Virus record (IMG/VR): IMGVR_UViG_3300008267_000012
DNA from: a virus
Lineage: Duplodnaviria; Caudoviricetes
Length of the DNA: 64,000 nt
Reading direction: 5' to 3' (one strand)
Shown here in pieces: positions 18,801-26,640 of this stretch (position 1 is the stretch's first letter; every line of letters starts with the position of its first letter). Both the position numbers and the translations under genes were made by a program. Below the pieces are notes generated by a model. The model was not told the origin of the DNA. It saw only the letters and a list, made by a program, of their open reading frames with translations, and made no database searches.

Positions 18801-19005
18801 ATGATGTTTTTACTAAAATATCATCAACTTCAATTTTATCATAAATATCTTTTTTACCATCTGGTAATTTTGATACAAAACTTTCTAAAAATAGAAATTT
18901 TTTATTAATTTTTGACCCACTATTGTTCCAAACATTAAATACTCTCTGACCATTTATATTAAAGGTAATTAATAATGATATTATTAATAATATTAATCTA
19001 CACAT
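15886..19005 (-). CDS. Secreted metzincin (M12B/reprolysin-like) with FN3-type repeats and the shared C-terminal domain
   Basis: Signal peptide; HELGHVLGSNH (18046-18078) and Met-turn IMSYC; three GICWSTSxNPTI-type repeats; Cys-containing C-terminal domain 15886-16245. Confidence 0.85.
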   Translation of the reverse strand: MCRLILLIISLLITFNINGQRVFNVWNNSGSKINKKFLFLESFVSKLPDGKKDIYDKIEVDDILVKTSSGKSYAYKPIIYRSRTYLSTLHYTKRGWQGTYTSDGKRFFNMTPSKVVEDNSLKKIPLTCNSLDTNQQVESVTLVNSDFYNPNKLIKKTCKVYSEVMNSIHISWGSDSALTRDNVVTIWANSSAIFLREGVKVSLREIFIWDDQVDPYEGLSYNQIFGKFVTNINAGTPTSTTQHFKHLIGKEAIPNGVGVAYLNGQSNGYSNANPSIPANKCFFFTDVYNGGVPTNNFGTTWSVPVYLFTHELGHVLGSNHTHACVWKNDQGSFIGSIDSCPQNPNCYSTPITNNNGTIMSYCNNNGSIDFNLGFGKYPRYSIRSNLYGSPQIPFDTVFTPIVTTTSASNITSDTLTIGGIINDEGGTPTVFKGICWSTSSNPTINNFISYSNATSDTFTLNIKNLNANTTYYFRAFSRNSQYTGYGNEVVVNTAAASLPSVTTLPATNVLTQTGYLNGIINSTGGLPMIMRGICYSTSPNPTISDNNLSGTFIYPYQKFSLYFSGLQPNTTYYARAYCSNSLGITYGNEIEFTTLPDILVVQTNSITNIDYASAKSGGVILNLATSPIISRGICWSTSQNPTISDNVSYGNNSNFFNNTITYPSSSNQTTYYVRAFATNSNDTFYGDELSFTNRLVTQPICLLVTQPRPVSITEKINDAWTSKIFSQGATSSKNDNSLTNESLITSTDISFQTYDSIITPFQIYLYPLPVMNGIGGFTENLLPYTKYYQKYKSKNCCFDCLSNIDSIITSPPSVSSENISNISYNKVRFNYNISNYENFFIAFKGVQYSTSLNNLFFTDGLYNSSPNVILSNTNTGNTIIENEFNLEPNTTYYMRPYIRYNSFTGPTTFGKIISFKTLSICDVGNLSTQRDLANKWLFSFKLNPNANKYNLRVCYYKESNINSPPSDISLPVGCYTPNSMTNYYPTAQEISSKQIQKLMSPQPNVSNRWYSIEVKSISPNCPLNQSGTKHYFYNNIFSE

Positions 19006-19031
19006 TTATTTAATTTACTATAAATAGTAAA

Positions 19032-19493
19032 TTAAACCCAAGCCTCTATAAATTTGGAAGGCTTTTCATCTATGAAATAATAATCTTCTAAACCTAAATA
19101 ATTTAATTTTTCTAATTCATGTTTTTTGATAATAAAGAATTCTATTCCTTGTTTGGTTTTATCATCCATATAGAAATATATTTTATCATCTGAAATAAAA
19201 TCTTTTATTATGTTTTTTGTTGATGCTTTCTCAACAACAACATATTCAGATTCATATAAATCATTTACTTCTTGTGCAAGTATATTTGAGAACTGCTCTC
19301 TGACTATATCTGTATCAGTTAAATTATTTCTATCAAGTATTCTTTGATATGCAAATTCAAATAAATAACAGAAGTAATCGCTGAATGATTCATCATTCAT
19401 TAAGTCCTGTTTTAGGTTTTTGTGAATGAGATATAATTCGCCAAGTGCGGTTTCAAAGTCAACCGTAAAATTGCGCTTCAAAGGAAATTTCAT
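19032..19493 (-). CDS. Hypothetical protein
   Basis: 153 aa; TAAATTTG 4 nt upstream. Confidence 0.7.
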   Translation of the reverse strand: MKFPLKRNFTVDFETALGELYLIHKNLKQDLMNDESFSDYFCYLFEFAYQRILDRNNLTDTDIVREQFSNILAQEVNDLYESEYVVVEKASTKNIIKDFISDDKIYFYMDDKTKQGIEFFIIKKHELEKLNYLGLEDYYFIDEKPSKFIEAWV

Positions 19494-19507
19494 TGAGCAA
19501 ATTTAAG
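19474..19507. repeat. 34-bp direct repeat (31/34; second copy 21243-21276) flanking the GT2 and methyltransferase genes
   Basis: cgcttcaaaggaaatttcattgagcaaatttaag vs cgtttcaaaggaaatttcattgggtaaatttaag. Confidence 0.9.
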
Positions 19508-19544
19508 AATTTTAAAAATTTAAACGTATTTTTTTATAAAAAAA

Positions 19545-20462
19545 ATGAAAAAAGTAAGTGTAATTTTAAGTTCATATAATAGTGAAAAAACTATAAAAAA
19601 TACTATTGATTCAATTAATAATCAAGAAGGGAATGGAAGTGAATTTCAAATTGAGTTAATCGTAATTGATGATTGTTCAACTGATTCTACATTTTCTATT
19701 ATAAAGAAAATGAATTGTATTTCTTTAAAAAATGATAAAAATTCAGGTGGCCCAAATAAAGGTAGAAATATTGGTTTAAAAATGGCTACAGGTGATTTTA
19801 TTTGTATTGCTGACCATGATGATATTTGGGAAACTTATAAAATAAAAACATTACTACCTTACTTAGAATTAGTACCAATTGTAACTTCAGGATATAAAGT
19901 AATTGATACTAAAAATAATAGAGAAATTATTAAAGTGAATACAAGTAAAGATGAATATATTTATTATGAACCAAATAAAACATTTTTAAAATTATTATCT
20001 AGGTCGTTAAAAGGTCAAAAAACTTATTTAGGTTCTATTATTTACAGAAAAGAATTAAAAAATATATTATTTGAAGAAAATTTTGGAGGTGTTGATTATG
20101 ATTGGAGTCTTAAACTATTTCATAAAAATCCATCTATTGAAGTGTGTAAAACTTTATATAAAAGAATGGTAGATGGTTCAAATCTTTCAATGAATGAAAA
20201 TTATAGAAAATATGATTTTTATTATTCATTAATGACACTTGAAGAATATCAAGAAGAATACTCATCAGAAGTTAATATAGGTTATAAAAAAATACACGGA
20301 AGTAGAGCAAGATATTATTATATCTTAGACAATATGAAAAAAGCAAGATTTTATTTTTTAAAATCAAGTTTTAATATAAAAACTTTACTATACTATATAA
20401 CTTCTTTTGTTGGTCACAAATTAGTTAAAAAATATTTTGGTTTGTATTATATATTTGGTTGA
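19545..20462 (+). CDS. Glycosyltransferase family 2
   Basis: VSVILSSYN, IVIDDCSTD, NSGGPNKGRNIGL, ADHDD. Confidence 0.92.
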   Translation: MKKVSVILSSYNSEKTIKNTIDSINNQEGNGSEFQIELIVIDDCSTDSTFSIIKKMNCISLKNDKNSGGPNKGRNIGLKMATGDFICIADHDDIWETYKIKTLLPYLELVPIVTSGYKVIDTKNNREIIKVNTSKDEYIYYEPNKTFLKLLSRSLKGQKTYLGSIIYRKELKNILFEENFGGVDYDWSLKLFHKNPSIEVCKTLYKRMVDGSNLSMNENYRKYDFYYSLMTLEEYQEEYSSEVNIGYKKIHGSRARYYYILDNMKKARFYFLKSSFNIKTLLYYITSFVGHKLVKKYFGLYYIFG

Positions 20463-21232
20463 TTTAAAAAAGATACTGATAATATAATTAAACACCCTAT
20501 TAAAATAACACCAAAAATAATTAAAATTGTTTTTATTACTTCTTTTGGTAAGAATAATTTATTATCTCTAAATGAAGGTATGCCTGTTTTTCTATCAAAG
20601 GGTTGTTTTATTTCAGCCTTTTCAATAACTATTATGCTATCATAATAATGTATTGAGTCAACTGATTTTGTAAATTCACTTATTTTTAAATTTTTTTGTT
20701 TAGAGTGGTAAGCATTTAATGAATCAATAAAATTTTTACTATATTCAATAAAAGTATTTTCTCTTTTATATCCACCACCATATTCTTCCCAATAAGAAGT
20801 ATGCAAATCTTCGCATAGATAAACTCCATCTTTTTTTATTATACCAAATAATTCTTCAAAAGTAGTAATTTGTTGCACCATTGTATGACCACCATCATCA
20901 ATGAGTATATCAACAGAACCAATTTTTTCAGCCACTTTTTTTAAAAATTTTCTATCAGATTGTGACCCAATAAAAATTTCAATATTTTCTTCTTCAAGTT
21001 CTTTACAACGAGGATTAATATCAATACCATATATTTTGGCTCTTTTTCCAAAATAATTCTTCCACATTTGTAAACTTCCACCATGATAAACACCAATTTC
21101 AAGAATTACAACATCTGTATTCCTATAACGATTGAAATGACGTTCATAAATATCAAAATAATGATTCCATTTATGAATTAGTCTTTTTTTATTATTTTCA
21201 AAATAAATCTCTAAATCCGATTTCTTTTTCAT
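20447..21232 (-). CDS. Class I SAM-dependent O-methyltransferase-like protein with C-terminal TM
   Basis: KWNHYFDIY, LEIGVYHGGSL, GIDIN, IDDGGH, YLCEDL; hydrophobic tail. Start reset to MKKKSDL. Confidence 0.85.
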   Translation of the reverse strand: MKKKSDLEIYFENNKKRLIHKWNHYFDIYERHFNRYRNTDVVILEIGVYHGGSLQMWKNYFGKRAKIYGIDINPRCKELEEENIEIFIGSQSDRKFLKKVAEKIGSVDILIDDGGHTMVQQITTFEELFGIIKKDGVYLCEDLHTSYWEEYGGGYKRENTFIEYSKNFIDSLNAYHSKQKNLKISEFTKSVDSIHYYDSIIVIEKAEIKQPFDRKTGIPSFRDNKLFLPKEVIKTILIIFGVILIGCLIILSVSFLNQPNI

Positions 21233-21233
21233 T

Positions 21234-21482
21234 TTACTCTTCCGTTTCAAAGGAAATTTCATTGGGTAAATTTAAGGGAAATTTTATTAATTTTATTTGT
21301 TTTGATAATTCATCAGCAATTTCAAAGTGTTCATATTCAACAAAATAAGGAAGTAAAAAAAATTCTAAAATCTCAATTCTTTTAAAATCTTCCATACCAT
21401 CCATTAAAAAATTTGATTTTTTAATTTCTTCATATGAACTCCACATAGCTTTGTGGAGTATATCATAGTTGCTGATTTCCAT
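21234..21482 (-). CDS. Hypothetical protein
   Basis: 82 aa; 3' end is a recombinant junction. Confidence 0.65.
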   Translation of the reverse strand: MEISNYDILHKAMWSSYEEIKKSNFLMDGMEDFKRIEILEFFLLPYFVEYEHFEIADELSKQIKLIKFPLNLPNEISFETEE

Positions 21483-21485
21483 ATT

Positions 21486-22841
21486 TTACTGTTCTTCCGT
21501 TTCAATATCAATAATATTTTCATCCAATTGCTTGGTTTCCATTTCAAGGAACATAAAAGATTTTAATTTGTAAGCATCAAAATTAAATAATTTATCTATC
21601 CTTAAAACTATTCCTTCGCTTGGAACTCTGTTGCCACAGAACTCACAATACTTTTCAAGATACTTCTCTTCAAGTAATTTGATTACTGCTTCATTAAACT
21701 CTTCATCACTCTTAATCTTTTTAAGTGATTTATCAAAGCCAACTAACTTACCAAAATAATATTCAGGTACATGGCGAATACCAAAGTGTTCACAATATGC
21801 TTTAATCTGTCTCCAAGATAATTCACTTACATTACCATCTTCATTTGTGAATGTAATCCTGTATACATATACTCTATAATGAACACCTTCAACATATTCA
21901 TCTTCATAGACTGTTTGAATACATCCATAATCATAACCCTTTTGAATATACGCACCATCTCTTGTATATCCAACTATCTCACCATATAAGGTATAACCTT
22001 TTTGAACTGCATATTCAAAGGTTCTTGCGACATCTCCCCAAACATCACTTGAGTAATAATGATTTGCTTGTGTATTCAAATCATCATTCTTAATAACCCT
22101 TCTTGATGAATAAAGCAAATCATATACTTTATCATTTATGTTTACACCTAACTTCTTTAATACTTTTTCAACAAATGATAACTTGCGATAAGTAAGAAGT
22201 TTACCAAAGATTACAGATGTACCATGTAGCTTTGCTGTGATTGATACATAATCATTTCTATTAACCTTATGGATATTCTTTCTAAGGTGTTCTGTATCAA
22301 TATGGAATCTGAATTGATTCTCAACAACTCTTGAAACCTTCTTAGCTAATTTCTTATCAGATTTAACACCTGATTTTCTTTGGTCTTGAACAACATATTT
22401 CTTTACAATAACTTCATCACCAACTGAATCAAACTCTTCACCAATACTATCAACATCAATAAGTCTATTAAATGATGAAAATGTTGAAACAGCATCAATA
22501 AAGTCTTGCGCTCTAATTAAGAAACCTTGTGATGGTTCACTTCTAAGTCTAACTGCTTTTACTCTTCCCTTTGAACCAAAGAAACCTTTCATTGTTTTAT
22601 CTCTGTTAAGAGACTTATCTGAATATAAATTCAAATAAGAAAGGATTCTTGAATCAATTTGACATTCAAGTGGGAAATAGATACAGATGTCATGTTCCTT
22701 ATATGATAGGTCAGCATAGATTCTTGCATGGTCAATGATAAACCCTTGCAATCTATCCGCATTGGGATGTGTAACAGGTTTTCCTAAAGCAACTACTTTA
22801 GCCAAGTAGTTTTTATTTGCATTTTCAGATATTCTAAACAT
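21486..22841 (-). CDS. RNA ligase (Rnl2 / DRB0094-like)
   Basis: HPNADRL N-terminal domain, motif I TAKLHGTS, LYGEIVG, motif IV EGIVLR, AYKLKS. Confidence 0.88.
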   Translation of the reverse strand: MFRISENANKNYLAKVVALGKPVTHPNADRLQGFIIDHARIYADLSYKEHDICIYFPLECQIDSRILSYLNLYSDKSLNRDKTMKGFFGSKGRVKAVRLRSEPSQGFLIRAQDFIDAVSTFSSFNRLIDVDSIGEEFDSVGDEVIVKKYVVQDQRKSGVKSDKKLAKKVSRVVENQFRFHIDTEHLRKNIHKVNRNDYVSITAKLHGTSVIFGKLLTYRKLSFVEKVLKKLGVNINDKVYDLLYSSRRVIKNDDLNTQANHYYSSDVWGDVARTFEYAVQKGYTLYGEIVGYTRDGAYIQKGYDYGCIQTVYEDEYVEGVHYRVYVYRITFTNEDGNVSELSWRQIKAYCEHFGIRHVPEYYFGKLVGFDKSLKKIKSDEEFNEAVIKLLEEKYLEKYCEFCGNRVPSEGIVLRIDKLFNFDAYKLKSFMFLEMETKQLDENIIDIETEEQ

Positions 22842-22846
22842 ATTTT

Positions 22847-23161
22847 TTAACCTCCTGTGTTATTTGTTGTATCTATAGCGATATTAGTTGAGTCAATACA
22901 ATCTGTTTCATAACGGTACATAGGATGCATTGGGTCTTGCATATCAAACATTACACTAGTAGTAATTTTATCATTCTTTGGGTTTTCTGAACAATATTTA
23001 GTCTCTTTTATGGATGTTACTATTTCTTCTTTTTGTTTATCTGAACTGAAAAACACTCTGTCTTGACATACTTTACAATATTTCTTTTTTGTAATTACTT
23101 CTTCTTTTTTACAGGAAGAAAAAATAACACCACCTATTAGAATCAAGATTAATTTTTTCAT
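22847..23161 (-). CDS. Putative lipoprotein
   Basis: MKKLILILIGGVIFSSC-KKEE lipobox; CKVC. Confidence 0.75.
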   Translation of the reverse strand: MKKLILILIGGVIFSSCKKEEVITKKKYCKVCQDRVFFSSDKQKEEIVTSIKETKYCSENPKNDKITTSVMFDMQDPMHPMYRYETDCIDSTNIAIDTTNNTGG

Positions 23162-23209
23162 AATTTTAAAGATTTTTACAAAATTAATGAAAATTTCATA
23201 AGAAAAAAA

Positions 23210-23650
23210 TTAAATTTTACTTTTTTCCTCAGAAGAGAGTAGACCCTTACCAAATTTTTTTAATCTTTCCTCATATCTTATTTTAATTCTTTCAGAAATG
23301 GCAAGAGGATTACCTTCATCATCAATTCTAACAAATTTAATATTAGTATGTGTAACTGTTTCTTGATTACCAGTATAGACATTATGTTTACGCACTTCAA
23401 TATAAATTGAAACTGATGTTGTTCCAAATTCAATTACGTTACCATAAACTTTTAATAGATTTCCAACCTTAACAGGTTTCTTAAAAACTAATTCATCAAT
23501 CTTAACAGTAACCATTCTTGGTGTATCACATAACTGCATAGCATATGCTACTGCTGATTCATCTATAAGTGAGAGCATAACACCACCAAATAAATTATTT
23601 GATAATCCAATATCAGATGCTTTTGCTATGAATGTTGTAATTAACTCCAT
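23210..23650 (-). CDS. Hotdog-fold acyl-CoA thioesterase (YciA-like)
   Basis: DIGLSNNLFGGVMLSLIDE...FKKPVKVGNLL...GTTS...FVRIDDEGNP. Confidence 0.88.
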   Translation of the reverse strand: MELITTFIAKASDIGLSNNLFGGVMLSLIDESAVAYAMQLCDTPRMVTVKIDELVFKKPVKVGNLLKVYGNVIEFGTTSVSIYIEVRKHNVYTGNQETVTHTNIKFVRIDDEGNPLAISERIKIRYEERLKKFGKGLLSSEEKSKI

Positions 23651-24139
23651 TTATCTAAAAGTATAATTTAGTCCAAGACTAAGTATAAAATCAGTATCTT
23701 CAAAATTTAAATTAACAATACCATTAAATCTTTTATTCTTATCTCTTATGTATGATATACCATAGTTTAATCTAAAACCATTTAGATTATTACTTACCTT
23801 TGGGTGTAAATAAAGGAAGAAAGAATTTCTTTCTTCAGGGTTGGTTACTTCAAAATAAGTCTTAACACCAACCCAATAATCAGCAGGTACATATTCTCTT
23901 TTACTATTGTCAATGGTAAAACCAACTCTTAATGCATCATTTGGAATCCAAGCACCAAACTCAAATTGTGTATAATTGCTTTGAGCAAAACTCAAATTTT
24001 TTGAAATTGAAGCATATTTATAAAGTGATTTAAAAAATGATGTATCTTTTTTAAATATATTATACTTTTTAATTGTTGAATCAATTTGACCAAACGATAT
24101 GAATGGTGTAAGTAATAGTATCAGTAGTATCTTTTTCAT
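23651..24139 (-). CDS. Secreted protein, possible small outer-membrane beta-barrel
   Basis: Signal peptide ending SFGQ; alternating aromatic strands; C-terminus LSLGLNYTFR. Confidence 0.55.
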   Translation of the reverse strand: MKKILLILLLTPFISFGQIDSTIKKYNIFKKDTSFFKSLYKYASISKNLSFAQSNYTQFEFGAWIPNDALRVGFTIDNSKREYVPADYWVGVKTYFEVTNPEERNSFFLYLHPKVSNNLNGFRLNYGISYIRDKNKRFNGIVNLNFEDTDFILSLGLNYTFR

Positions 24140-24979
24140 TAGAATTTTAAGTCATTTAACGAGTCTAACCTTCTATAACCTACATTATGTTTTAAGTTAT
24201 AGGGTTGTGTCATTAAATAGCATGCAACTCCTATTTTTGCTTTATTTATCTCATAAAAATTCTCAAAACAATCATCAATAAAGATATCAATGTTATTCTG
24301 CTTTATAAATGATACTTTTGATTTACCACTTGTTGTAATAACCTTCTCACATGGAAAGTCATTAATTGCTAACCATTCTTCAGTCCATTCAGTAGGAATG
24401 CTTCTGCTTGTAACATATAATGCAGGTTCAAATGGTAATTCACTACCTTTGATTAAAGGTTTTAAATTTAGCCAAAATTGTTTGTCTTTTTTGACTTTCT
24501 CCCAAAGAGATTGCCATTCATAAGGAAAATTCCAATGAGGCTGAGAAAAAACCCAATTAGTATATTTATCATTTTTACATAAGCCTTCTTTCTTTGCTAG
24601 TTCAACAAATGAACCTGAAAAGTCTGCTAACACTCCATCAATATCCAATCCTATACGAGGTGTATTCAAATATGGATGAAGTCTATCATCTCCTTGTGGA
24701 TAAACTCTGTAATATGTTTTAAGGAATGCAGCATTGGTTAAGATATGGTCAATGTGCATACAACCACTTTCAGAATCATTATCTTCACCATTTTTGAATG
24801 CAAGTAAATGTCTTTCAAGTGAATCAATAACTGTTGACCATTTCATTCCAAGTCTCCAATTATTTGCTCCTGTTAGCACCATAGGTTAATACATCACCAA
24901 TACCTTCTGATGCATCAGTTGGAATTAATCCAAGTCTATTCTTATTTGTATTATATCTAAGTCCGTTTCCTTTTTCCAT
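24139..24979 (-). pseudogene. Frameshifted dATP/dGTP diphosphohydrolase (DUF5664/PF18909) fused to a HAD 5'(3')-nucleotidase
   Basis: 24860-24979 encodes MEKGNGLRYNTNKNRLGLIP...VLTYGANRSK*; the +1 frame continues TGANNWRLGMKWS...SLERHL...GEDNDSESG..HIDHILTNAAFL, then HAD IGLDIDGVLADF...FIDD. Confidence 0.8.
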
Positions 24980-24980
24980 A

Positions 24981-25256
24981 TTATTCAAAAAATCTATCAT
25001 CACAAAAAATAGGTGTCATTTCTCCAACATAACCACTTGTTATGTTAAATCCAAAATGCTCTAATGCATCTTCATATTCCATACCTTCATTCATAAGTAT
25101 TTCAAGTACTTTTTTTGTTGAATAAATAACACGATTTGTTGTTTCGCATATACCAATGATTGCATCATCAAGTCCATCTGCAAACATAAGTGTTTCATCT
25201 GAAATTCTTTCAATAATAATTTCTTTTCTATTCATATTAATTTGCTCCAAAACCAA
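24981..25256 (-). CDS. Widespread phage hypothetical protein
   Basis: ADGLDDAIIG...YSTKKVLEIL...EDALEHFGFNI...VGEMTPIF. Confidence 0.75.
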   Translation of the reverse strand: MVLEQINMNRKEIIIERISDETLMFADGLDDAIIGICETTNRVIYSTKKVLEILMNEGMEYEDALEHFGFNITSGYVGEMTPIFCDDRFFE

Positions 25257-26319
25257 TTTTCCTTTCTTTCTTTTCAGAGTTATCTTTCTGCTCTATATTA
25301 TAGATTTCAGCAAGTGTCATTGCTTCATCAGTAGTATGGTTTTTACCAAGTTTTTCTAATAACTTGTTAGCTTTTTCAACTGAAAGTTTTTCAAACTTAT
25401 AATTGGTTGTGATTCTTCCTTTTCTTAAAAGTGCTTTATCAATCTTATCAATTGCTGTATTGAATGTACAAACAAATTTAAGTTCAAGGAAATCACCCAT
25501 AAGACCATCAGTAAGATTAAGAAGATTACTGATACCTCTATTAGAAAGTGTTAATTCTCTTGATGTTAGAATTTCTTCAGCATCTTCAATAACAATAATT
25601 GATTTCTTATGGTCTTTAAAGAAATGTAGGAAAGATGGGTCACTCAAGAAATGAATATGTTCATTTGGAAAATAGATTACTTTTTTCTTTTCCTTGCATA
25701 GTTCTGCAATTAGATATCTAATGTAGTGAGTTTTACCACATCCTGGGTCACCATGAAAAAGACAAAGACTTGTACCACCTTCTTTTAAGGATTCAATAAT
25801 TAATTTATTTTCCTCTTGAAAATTATCATTATAATTATCCTCAATTGAAATAAGATATTTATCAGGAATTTCATTAAAGTGAAGATATGGTCCACCATTA
25901 TTCATAAAGAGATTAAAACCGATTTTAGTTTTCTCTCTATATTCATATGGTTTGAATGCTTCAGTACATTCCTTTATGACATTATCAATAAAACTTGTTT
26001 TAATATCATAAAGTATTTCAAGCCTGACTTTATCAGTTGTTATATCAAATGATAAATATATTTTATCATATAATTCATATATTCTAATTGCATAACCTGA
26101 TTTATCATAAGTATGTTTGTTAGATAAAATTGAAGATTCATTAAATGATAGTTTATCAATGATATCCAAAATTTCACATACCTTATCTTCTTCAATTTCA
26201 ATTGTAAATTCTTTTACAATTGTATTGGGTATAAGATTCCAATTTTGATTGTAATGTAGTCTTATTACTGATTCATTTGTAACATCAGGTGAAAATATAT
26301 CCATGAAGCGTCTTTCCAT
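25237..26319 (-). CDS. AAA+ ATPase
   Basis: Walker A GDPGCGKT, Walker B IIVIEDAE, LLNLTDGL, DKALLRKGR. Confidence 0.92.
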   Translation of the reverse strand: MERRFMDIFSPDVTNESVIRLHYNQNWNLIPNTIVKEFTIEIEEDKVCEILDIIDKLSFNESSILSNKHTYDKSGYAIRIYELYDKIYLSFDITTDKVRLEILYDIKTSFIDNVIKECTEAFKPYEYREKTKIGFNLFMNNGGPYLHFNEIPDKYLISIEDNYNDNFQEENKLIIESLKEGGTSLCLFHGDPGCGKTHYIRYLIAELCKEKKKVIYFPNEHIHFLSDPSFLHFFKDHKKSIIVIEDAEEILTSRELTLSNRGISNLLNLTDGLMGDFLELKFVCTFNTAIDKIDKALLRKGRITTNYKFEKLSVEKANKLLEKLGKNHTTDEAMTLAEIYNIEQKDNSEKKERKIGFGAN

Positions 26320-26339
26320 ATTCCAAATATACGATTTTC

Positions 26340-26576
26340 TTAAAAATTATTGGAAATTTTTATTATAAATTCTAAATGTTCTTCGGAAATATTTTGCCCT
26401 TCAGCCTGAAGAAATTGCTTTAGCACATTTTTCAATATTTGAATTTTAGCATTGTATTTTTCATTAACATCCATATTATCAACACGTTGTGTTTCATCAA
26501 ATGTTTTTAATACATTATCAAGGTCAATACCTGAAGCATTACAAAAGTGTTCTAATCTGTTTAATATTTCAATCAT
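26340..26576 (-). CDS. Hypothetical protein
   Basis: 78 aa ORF. Confidence 0.65.
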   Translation of the reverse strand: MIEILNRLEHFCNASGIDLDNVLKTFDETQRVDNMDVNEKYNAKIQILKNVLKQFLQAEGQNISEEHLEFIIKISNNF

Positions 26577-26640
26577 GAATAAAAATACGATTTTTGTTTT
26601 TATTTTTTCAAAAATTACTATTTACAAATAAAATATAATC

